64,000 nucleotides of DNA from Eledone cirrhosa (lineage: Eukaryota): contig OZ024742.1 in NCBI GenBank assembly GCA_964016885.1, positions 370,388,001 through 370,452,000 on the forward strand, read 5' to 3'. The notes below the pieces were generated by a model, which was not told the origin of the DNA, did no database searches, and worked only from the letters and a program-made list of their open reading frames with translations. How positions within the stretch are numbered: position 1 is the stretch's first letter; each line of letters opens with the position of its first letter. Shown one piece after another: positions 52,901 to 64,000 of this stretch. Position numbers and translations under genes: made by a program.

Positions 52901-55900
52901 CTTCTACTGGTGACCTTGTCTTATACTGTCACATTACTTCTACTGATGACCTGGTCTTATCCTGTCACATTGCTTCTACTAGTGACCTGGTCTTATACTG
53001 TCACATTGCTTCTACTGGTGACCTTGTCTTATGCTGTCACATTGCTTCTACTGGTGACCTGGTCTTATGCTGTCACATTGCTTCTACTGTTGACCTGGTC
53101 TTATAATGTCACATTGCTTCTACTGGTGACCTGGTCTTATGCTGTCACATTGCTTCTACTGGTGACCTGGTATTATACTGTCATATTGCTTCTACTAGTG
53201 ACCTTGTCTTATACTGTCACATTGCTTCTACTAGTGACCTGGTCTTATACTGTCACATTGCTTCTAGTGGTGACCTGGTCTTATACTGTCACATTGCTTC
53301 TACTAGTGACCTGGTCTTATACTGTCACATTGCTTCTACTCGTGACCTGGTCTTATGCTGTCACATTGCTACTACTGGTGACCTTGTCTTATACTGTCAC
53401 ATTGCTTCTACTAGTGACCTGGTCTTATGCTGTCACATTGCTTCTACTGGTGATCTCGTCTTATACTGTCACATTTCTTCTACTATAGACCTGGTCTTAT
53501 ACTGTCACATTGCTTCTAGTGGTGACCTGGTCTTATACAGTCACATTGCTTCTACTGGTGATCTGGTCTTATAATGTCACATTGCTTCTACTGGTGACCT
53601 GGTCTTATACTGTCACATTGCTTCTACTGGTGACCTGGTCTTATACTGTCACATTGCTTCTACTGGTGACCTGGTCTTATACTGTCACATTACTTCTACT
53701 AGTGACCTGGTCTTATACTGTCACGTTGCTTCTAATGGTGACCTGGTCTTATACTATCACATTGCTTCTACTAGTGACCTGGTCGTATACTGTCACATTG
53801 CTTCTACTAGTGACCTGTTCTTATACTGTCACATTGCTTCTACTGGTGACCTGGGCTTATGCTGTCACATTGCTTCTACTGGTGACCTGGTCTTATACTG
53901 TCACATTGCTTCTACTGGTGACCTGGTCTTATACTATCACATTGCTTCTACTAGTGACCTGGTCTTATACTGTCACATCGCTTCTACTGGTGACCTGGTC
54001 TTATACTGTCACATTGCTTCTACTAGAGACCTGGTTTTATACTGTCACATTGCTTCTACTGGTGACCTGGTCTTATACTGTCACATTGCTTCTACTAGTG
54101 ACCTGGTCTTATACTGTCACATTGCTTCTACTGGTGACCTTGTCTTATGCTGTCACATTGCTTCTACTGGTGACCTGGTCTTATGCTGTCACATTGCTTC
54201 TACTGGTGACCTGGTCTTATACTGTCACATTGCTTCTACTGGTGACCTGGTCTTATACTGTCACATTGCTTCTACTGGTGACCTGGTCTTATACTGTCAC
54301 ATTGCTTCTAATCGTGACCTGATCTTATGCTGTCACATTGCTTCTACTGGTGACCTGGTCTTATACTGTCACATTGCTTCTACTGGTGACATGGTCTTAT
54401 ACTGTCACTTGCTTCTACTGGTGACCTGGTCTTATACTGTCACATTGCTTCTACTAGTGACTGGTCTTATACTGTCACATTGCTTCTACTGGTGACCTGG
54501 TCTTATACTGTCACATTGCTTCTACTAGTGACTGGTCTTATACTGTCACATTGCTTCTACTGGTGACCTGGTCTTATGCTGTCAAATTGCTTCTACTGGT
54601 GACCTGGTCTTATGCTGTCACATTGCTTCTACTGGTGACCTGGTCTTATACTGTCACGTTGCTTCTACTGGTGACCTGGTCTTATACTGTCACATTGCTT
54701 CTACTAGTGACATGGTCTTATATTGTCACATTGCTTCTACTGGTGACCTGGTCTTATGCTGTCACATTGCTTCTACGGGTGACCTGGTCTTATACTGTCA
54801 CATTGCTTCTACTGGTGACCTTGTCTTATGCTGTCACATTGCTTCTACTGGTGACCTGGTCTTATGCTGTCACATTGCTTCTACTGGTGACCTGGTCTTA
54901 TACTGTCACATTGCTTCTACTGGTGACCTGGTCTTATACTGTCACATTGCTTCTACTGGTGACCTGGTCTTATACTGTCACATTGCTTCTAATCGTGACC
55001 TGATCTTATGCTGTCACATTGCTTCTACTGGTGACCTGGTCTTATACTGTCACATTGCTTCTACTGGTGACATGGTCTTATACTGTCACATTGCTTCTAC
55101 TGGTGACCTGGTCTTATGCTGTCACATTGCTTCTACTAGGGACCTGGTCTTATACTGTCACATTGCTGCTACTAGTGAACTGGTTTTATACTGTCACATT
55201 GCTTCTACTAGTGAACTGGTCTTATACTGTCACATTGCTTCTACTTGTGACCTGGTCTTATACTGTCACATTGCTTCTACTGGTGACCTGGTCTTATACT
55301 GTCACATTGCTTCTACTGGTGCGCTTGTCTTATACTGTCACATTGCTTCTACTAGTGAACTGGTCTTATGCTGTCACATGGCTTCTACGGTGACCTGGTC
55401 TTATACTTTCACATTGCTTCTACTTGTGATATGGTCTTATACTGTCACATTGCTTCTACTGGTGACCTGGTCTTATGCTGTCACATTGCTTCTACTGGTG
55501 ACCTGATCTTATACTGTCACATTGCTTCTACTGGTGACCTGGTCTTATACTGTCACATTGCTTCTCCTGGTTACCTGGTCTTATGCTGCCACATTGTTTC
55601 TACTGGTGACCTGGTCTTATACTGTCACATTGCTTCTAATTATGACCTGGTCTGACACTGTCACATTGTTTCTACTGGTGACCTGGTCTTATACTGTCAC
55701 ATTGCTTCTACTGGTGACCTGATCTTATACTGTCACATTGCTTCTACTGGTGACCTGGTCTTATACTGTCACATTGCTTCTAATCGTGACCTGATCTTAT
55801 GCTGTCACATTGCTTCTACTGGTGACCTGGTCTTATACTGTCACATTGCTTCTACTGGTGACCTGGTCTTATACTGTCACATTGCTTCTACTGGTGACAT

Positions 55901-58900
55901 GGTCTTATACTGTCACATTGCTTCTACTGGTGACCTGGTCTTATGCTGTCACATTGCTTCTACTAGGGACCTGGTCTTATACTGTCACATTGCTGCTACT
56001 AGTGAACTGGTTTTATACTGTCACATTGCTTCTACTAGTGAACTGGTCTTATACTGTCACATTGCTTCTACTTGTGACCTGGTCTTATACTGTCACATTG
56101 CTTCTACTGGTGACCTGGTCTTATACTGTCACATTGCTTCTACTGGTGCGCTTGTCTTATACTGTCACATTGCTTCTACTAGTGAACTGGTCTTATGCTG
56201 TCACATGGCTTCTACGGTGACCTGGTCTTATACTTTCACATTGCTTCTACTTGTGATATGGTCTTATACTGTCACATTGCTTCTACTGGTGACCTGGTCT
56301 TATGCTGTCACATTGCTTCTACTGGTGACCTGATCTTATACTGTCACATTGCTTCTACTGGTGACCTGGTCTTATACTGTCACATTGCTTCTCCTGGTTA
56401 CCTGGTCTTATGCTGCCACATTGTTTCTACTGGTGACCTGGTCTTATACTGTCACATTGCTTCTAATTATGACCTGGTCTTACACTGTCACATTGTTTCT
56501 ACTGGTGACCTGGTCTTATACTGTCACATTGCTTCTACTGGTGACCTGATCTTATACTGTCACATTGCTTCTACTGGTGACCTTGTCTTATACTGTCACA
56601 TTACTTCTACTGATGACCTGGTCTTATCCTGTCACATTGCTTCTACTAGTGACCTGGTCTTATACTGTCACATTGCTTCTACTGGTGACCTTGTCTTATG
56701 CTGTCACATTGCTTCTACTGGTGACCTGGTCTTATGCTGTCACATTGCTTCTACTGTTGACCTGGTCTTATAATGTCACATTGCTTCTACTGGTGACCTG
56801 GTCTTATGCTGTCACATTGCTTCTACTGGTGACCTGGTATTATACTGTCATATTGCTTCTACTAGTGACCTTGTCTTATACTGTCACATTGCTTCTACTA
56901 GTGACCTGGTCTTATACTGTCACATTGCTTCTAGTGGTGACCTGGTCTTATACTGTCACATTGCTTCTACTAGTGACCTGGTCTTATACTGTCACATTGC
57001 TTCTACTCGTGACCTGGTCTTATGCTGTCACATTGCTACTACTGGTGACCTTGTCTTATACTGTCACATTGCTTCTACTAGTGACCTGGTCTTATGCTGT
57101 CACATTGCTTCTACTGGTGATCTCGTCTTATACTGTCACATTTCTTCTACTATAGACCTGGTCTTATACTGTCACATTGCTTCTAGTGGTGACCTGGTCT
57201 TATACAGTCACATTGCTTCTACTGGTGATCTGGTCTTATAATGTCACATTGCTTCTACTGGTGACCTGGTCTTATACTGTCACATTGCTTCTACTGGTGA
57301 CCTGGTCTTATACTGTCACATTGCTTCTACTGGTGACCTGGTCTTATACTGTCACATTACTTCTACTAGTGACCTGGTCTTATACTGTCACGTTGCTTCT
57401 AATGGTGACCTGGTCTTATACTATCACATTGCTTCTACTAGTGACCTGGTCGTATACTGTCACATTGCTTCTACTAGTGACCTGTTCTTATACTGTCACA
57501 TTGCTTCTACTGGTGACCTGGGCTTATGCTGTCACATTGCTTCTACTGGTGACCTGGTCTTATACTGTCACATTGCTTCTACTGGTGACCTGGTCTTATA
57601 CTATCACATTGCTTCTACTAGTGACCTGGTCTTATACTGTCACATCGCTTCTACTGGTGACCTGGTCTTATACTGTCACATTGCTTCTACTAGAGACCTG
57701 GTTTTATACTGTCACATTGCTTCTACTGGTGACCTGGTCTTATACTGTCACATTGCTTCTACTAGTGACCTGGTCTTATACTGTCACATTGCTTCTACTG
57801 GTGACCTTGTCTTATGCTGTCACATTGCTTCTACTGGTGACCTGGTCTTATGCTGTCACATTGCTTCTACTGGTGACCTGGTCTTATACTGTCACATTGC
57901 TTCTACTGGTGACCTGGTCTTATACTGTCACATTGCTTCTACTGGTGACCTGGTCTTATACTGTCACATTGCTTCTAATCGTGACCTGATCTTATGCTGT
58001 CACATTGCTTCTACTGGTGACCTGGTCTTATACTGTCACATTGCTTCTACTGGTGACATGGTCTTATACTGTCACTTGCTTCTACTGGTGACCTGGTCTT
58101 ATACTGTCACATTGCTTCTACTAGTGACTGGTCTTATACTGTCACATTGCTTCTACTGGTGACCTGGTCTTATACTGTCACATTGCTTCTACTAGTGACT
58201 GGTCTTATACTGTCACATTGCTTCTACTGGTGACCTGGTCTTATGCTGTCAAATTGCTTCTACTGGTGACCTGGTCTTATGCTGTCACATTGCTTCTACT
58301 GGTGACCTGGTCTTATACTGTCACGTTGCTTCTACTGGTGACCTGGTCTTATACTGTCACATTGCTTCTACTAGTGACATGGTCTTATATTGTCACATTG
58401 CTTCTACTGGTGACCTGGTCTTATGCTGTCACATTGCTTCTACGGGTGACCTGGTCTTATACTGTCACATTGCTTCTACTGGTGACCTTGTCTTATGCTG
58501 TCACATTGCTTCTACTGGTGACCTGGTCTTATGCTGTCACATTGCTTCTACTGGTGACCTGGTCTTATACTGTCACATTGCTTCTACTGGTGACCTGGTC
58601 TTATACTGTCACATTGCTTCTACTGGTGACCTGGTCTTATACTGTCACATTGCTTCTAATCGTGACCTGATCTTATGCTGTCACATTGCTTCTACTGGTG
58701 ACCTGGTCTTATACTGTCACATTGCTTCTACTGGTGACATGGTCTTATACTGTCACATTGCTTCTACTGGTGACCTGGTCTTATGCTGTCACATTGCTTC
58801 TACTAGGGACCTGGTCTTATACTGTCACATTGCTGCTACTAGTGAACTGGTTTTATACTGTCACATTGCTTCTACTAGTGAACTGGTCTTATACTGTCAC

Positions 58901-61900
58901 ATTGCTTCTACTTGTGACCTGGTCTTATACTGTCACATTGCTTCTACTGGTGACCTGGTCTTATACTGTCACATTGCTTCTACTGGTGCGCTTGTCTTAT
59001 ACTGTCACATTGCTTCTACTAGTGAACTGGTCTTATGCTGTCACATGGCTTCTACGGTGACCTGGTCTTATACTTTCACATTGCTTCTACTTGTGATATG
59101 GTCTTATACTGTCACATTGCTTCTACTGGTGACCTGGTCTTATGCTGTCACATTGCTTCTACTGGTGACCTGATCTTATACTGTCACATTGCTTCTACTG
59201 GTGACCTGGTCTTATACTGTCACATTGCTTCTCCTGGTTACCTGGTCTTATGCTGCCACATTGTTTCTACTGGTGACCTGGTCTTATACTGTCACATTGC
59301 TTCTAATTATGACCTGGTCTGACACTGTCACATTGTTTCTACTGGTGACCTGGTCTTATACTGTCACATTGCTTCTACTGGTGACCTGATCTTATACTGT
59401 CACATTGCTTCTACTGGTGACCTGGTCTTATACTGTCACATTGCTTCTAATCGTGACCTGATCTTATGCTGTCACATTGCTTCTACTGGTGACCTGGTCT
59501 TATACTGTCACATTGCTTCTACTGGTGACCTGGTCTTATACTGTCACATTGCTTCTACTGGTGACATGGTCTTATACTGTCACATTGCTTCTACTGGTGA
59601 CCTGGTCTTATGCTGTCACATTGCTTCTACTAGGGACCTGGTCTTATACTGTCACATTGCTGCTACTAGTGAACTGGTTTTATACTGTCACATTGCTTCT
59701 ACTAGTGAACTGGTCTTATACTGTCACATTGCTTCTACTTGTGACCTGGTCTTATACTGTCACATTGCTTCTACTGGTGACCTGGTCTTATACTGTCACA
59801 TTGCTTCTACTGGTGCGCTTGTCTTATACTGTCACATTGCTTCTACTAGTGAACTGGTCTTATGCTGTCACATGGCTTCTACGGTGACCTGGTCTTATAC
59901 TTTCACATTGCTTCTACTTGTGATATGGTCTTATACTGTCACATTGCTTCTACTGGTGACCTGGTCTTATGCTGTCACATTGCTTCTACTGGTGACCTGA
60001 TCTTATACTGTCACATTGCTTCTACTGGTGACCTGGTCTTATACTGTCACATTGCTTCTCCTGGTTACCTGGTCTTATGCTGCCACATTGTTTCTACTGG
60101 TGACCTGGTCTTATACTGTCACATTGCTTCTAATTATGACCTGGTCTTACACTGTCACATTGTTTCTACTGGTGACCTGGTCTTATACTGTCACATTGCT
60201 TCTACTGGTGACCTGATCTTATACTGTCACATTGCTTCTACTGGTGACCTTGTCTTATACTGTCACATTACTTCTACTGATGACCTGGTCTTATCCTGTC
60301 ACATTGCTTCTACTAGTGACCTGGTCTTATACTGTCACATTGCTTCTACTGGTGACCTTGTCTTATGCTGTCACATTGCTTCTACTGGTGACCTGGTCTT
60401 ATGCTGTCACATTGCTTCTACTGTTGACCTGGTCTTATAATGTCACATTGCTTCTACTGGTGACCTGGTCTTATGCTGTCACATTGCTTCTACTGGTGAC
60501 CTGGTATTATACTGTCATATTGCTTCTACTAGTGACCTTGTCTTATACTGTCACATTGCTTCTACTAGTGACCTGGTCTTATACTGTCACATTGCTTCTA
60601 GTGGTGACCTGGTCTTATACTGTCACATTGCTTCTACTAGTGACCTGGTCTTATACTGTCACATTGCTTCTACTCGTGACCTGGTCTTATGCTGTCACAT
60701 TGCTACTACTGGTGACCTTGTCTTATACTGTCACATTGCTTCTACTAGTGACCTGGTCTTATGCTGTCACATTGCTTCTACTGGTGATCTCGTCTTATAC
60801 TGTCACATTTCTTCTACTATAGACCTGGTCTTATACTGTCACATTGCTTCTAGTGGTGACCTGGTCTTATACAGTCACATTGCTTCTACTGGTGATCTGG
60901 TCTTATAATGTCACATTGCTTCTACTGGTGACCTGGTCTTATACTGTCACATTGCTTCTACTGGTGACCTGGTCTTATACTGTCACATTGCTTCTACTGG
61001 TGACCTGGTCTTATACTGTCACATTACTTCTACTAGTGACCTGGTCTTATACTGTCACGTTGCTTCTAATGGTGACCTGGTCTTATACTATCACATTGCT
61101 TCTACTAGTGACCTGGTCGTATACTGTCACATTGCTTCTACTAGTGACCTGTTCTTATACTGTCACATTGCTTCTACTGGTGACCTGGGCTTATGCTGTC
61201 ACATTGCTTCTACTGGTGACCTGGTCTTATACTGTCACATTGCTTCTACTGGTGACCTGGTCTTATACTATCACATTGCTTCTACTAGTGACCTGGTCTT
61301 ATACTGTCACATCGCTTCTACTGGTGACCTGGTCTTATACTGTCACATTGCTTCTACTAGAGACCTGGTTTTATACTGTCACATTGCTTCTACTGGTGAC
61401 CTGGTCTTATACTGTCACATTGCTTCTACTAGTGACCTGGTCTTATACTGGCACATTGCTTCTACTGGTGACCTGGTCTTATACTATCACATTGCTTCTA
61501 CTAGTGACCTGGTCTTATACTGTCACATCGCTTCTACTGGTGACCTGGTCTTATACTGTCACATTGCTTCTACTAGTGACCTGGTCTTATACTGTCACGT
61601 TGCTTCTACTAGTGACTGGTCTTATACTGTCACATTGCTTCTACTGGTGACCTGGTCTTATACTGTCACATTGCTTCTACTGGTGACCTGGTCTTATAAT
61701 GTCACATTGCTTCTACAGGTGACATGGTCTTATACTGTCACATTTCTTCTACTAGTGACCAGGTCTTATACTGTCACATTGCTTCTACTGGTGACCTTGT
61801 CTTATGCTGTCACATTGCTTCTACTGGTGACCTGGTCTTATGCTGTCACATTGCTTCTACTGTTGACCTGGTCTTATACTGTCACATTGCTTCTACTATT

Positions 61901-64000
61901 GACCTGGTCTTACACTGTCACATTGCTTCTACTGGTGACCTGGTCTTATACTGTCACATTGCTTCTACTGGTGACCTGGTCTTATACTGTCACATTGCTT
62001 CTACTGGTGACCTGGTCTTATACTGTCGCATTGCTTCTACTGGTGACCTGGTCTTATACTGTCACATTGTTTCTACTGGTTAACTGGCCTTATGCTGTCA
62101 CATTGCTTCTACTGGTTAACTGGTCTTATGCTGTCACATTGCTTCTACAGGTGACCTGGTCTTATGCTGTCACATTGCTTCTACAGGTGACCTGGTCATA
62201 TACTGTCACATTGCTTCTACTGGTGACCTGGTCTTATACTGTCACATTGCTTCTACTGGTGACCTGGTCTTATACTGTCAGATTGCTTCTACTGGTGACC
62301 TGGTCTTATACTGTCACATTGCTTTTACTGGTGACTTGGTCTTATACTGTCACATTGCTTCTACTGGTGACCTGGTCTTATACTGTCACATTGCTTCTAC
62401 TGGTGAACTTCTCTTATCCTGTCACATTGCTTCTAATAGTGAACTGGTCTTATACTGTCACATTGCTTCTACTGGTGACCTGGTCTTATGCTGTCACATT
62501 GCTTCTACAGGTGACCTGGTCTTATACTGTCACATTGCTTCTACTGGTGACCTGGCCTTATGCTGACACATTGCTTCTACTGGTGACCTTGTCTTATGCT
62601 GTCACATTGCTTCTACTGGTGACCTTGTCTTATGCTGTCACATTGCTTCTACTGGTGACCGGGTCTTATGCTGTCACATTGCTTCTACTGTTGACCTGGT
62701 CTTATACTGTCACATTGCTTCTACTGGTGACTTGGTCTTATGCTGTCACATTGCTTCTACTGGTGACCTTGTCTTATACTGTCACATTGCTTCTACTAGT
62801 GAACTGGTCTTATACTGTCACATTACTTCTACTGGTGACCTGGTCTTATACTGTCACATTGCTTCTACTGGTGACCTTGCCTTATGCTGAAACATTGCTT
62901 CTACTGGTGACCTGGTCTTATACTGTCACATTGCTTCTACTAGTGACCTGGTCTTATACTGTCACGTTGCTTCTACTAGTGCACTGGGCTTATACTGTCA
63001 CATTGCTTCTACTGGTGACCTGGTCTTATACTGTCACATTGCTTCTACTAGTGACTGGTCTTATACTGTCACATTGCTTCTACTGGTGACCTGGTCTTAT
63101 ACTGTCACATTGCTTCTACTAGTGACTGGTCTTATACTGTCACATTGCTTCTACTGGTGACCTGGTCTTATGCTGTCAAATTGCTTCTACTGGTGACCTG
63201 GTCTTATGCTGTCACATTGCTTCTACTGGTGACCTGGTCTTATACTGTCACGTTGCTTCTACTGGTGACCTGGTCTTATACTGTCACATTGCTTCTACTG
63301 GTGACCTGGTCTTATATTGTCACATTGCTTCTACTGGTGACCTGGTCTTATGCTGTCACATTGCTTCTACGGGTGACCTGGTCTTATACTGTCACATTGC
63401 TTCTACTGGTGACCTGGTCTTATACTGTCACATTGCTTCTACTAGTGACTGGTCTTATACTGTCACATTGCTTCTACTGGTGACCTGGTCTTATACTGTC
63501 ACATTGCTTCTACTAGTGACTGGTCTTATACTGTCACATTGCTTCTATTGGTGACCTGGTCTTATGCTGTCAAATTGCTTCTACTGGTGACCTGGTCTTA
63601 TGCTGTCACATTGCTTCTACTGGTGACCTGGTCTTATACTGTCACGTTGCTTCTACTGGTGACCTGGTCTTATACTGTCACATTGCTTCTACTAGTGACA
63701 TGGTCTTATATTGTCACATTGCTTCTACTGGTGACCTGGTCTTATGCTGTCACATTGCTTCTACGGGTGACCTGGTCTTATACTGTCACATTGCTTCTAC
63801 TGGTGACCTTGTCTTATGCTGTCACATTGCTTCTACTGGTGACCTGGTCTTATGCTATCACATTGCTTCTACTGGTGACCTGGTCTTATACTGTCACATT
63901 GCTTCTACTGGTGACCTGGTCTTATACTGTCACATTGCTTCTAATCGTGACCTGATCTTATGCTGTCACATTGCTTCTACTGGTGACCTGGTCTTATACT
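49925..64000. repeat. 36-bp satellite array (~390 monomers), consensus CTGGTGACCTGGTCTTATACTGTCACATTGCTTCTA, with a 3667-bp higher-order repeat; runs off the right edge
   Basis: Direct periodicity; matching ORFs at 50884/54551/58218 and 53510/57177/60844. Confidence 0.98.

Noticed and set aside
49928-63955. Hydrophobic repeat ORFs (VTLLLLVTWSYT; LVLYCHIASTGD)
   Set aside because: Artefact of the 36-bp monomer; stops and 35-bp monomers interrupt all frames.

Overview
Repeat-dense eukaryotic (animal) DNA, most likely a coleoid cephalopod such as Octopus. This is inferred from the Ceph/CORE/Nin-type SINEs, the RTE LINEs with (GAT)n tails and the long (TA)n tracts. No confident host gene is present. 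The window has three parts. (i) 1-20.67 kb is a ~430-copy 48-bp satellite with nested higher-order duplications. (ii) 20.7-49.9 kb is a nest of decayed retroelements: RTE-clade LINEs with a PHD finger inside the RT region, three Penelope-like (GIY-YIG) elements with inverted pLTR copies, a CR1-like 3' end, tRNA-derived SINEs and minisatellites. (iii) 49.9-64 kb is a ~390-copy 36-bp satellite with a 3667-bp higher-order repeat. The 48-bp monomer is the reverse complement of a hairpin module present as a 2-copy tandem in the 3' UTR of the RTE LINEs in this window, and the 36-bp satellite may come from an adjacent antisense RTE 3' end. Five hammerhead ribozyme folds sit in or near the Penelope-like repeats; four carry non-canonical position-4 cores (CCGACGA, CAGAAGA). 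The long ORFs in both satellites are artefacts of monomer lengths divisible by 3.
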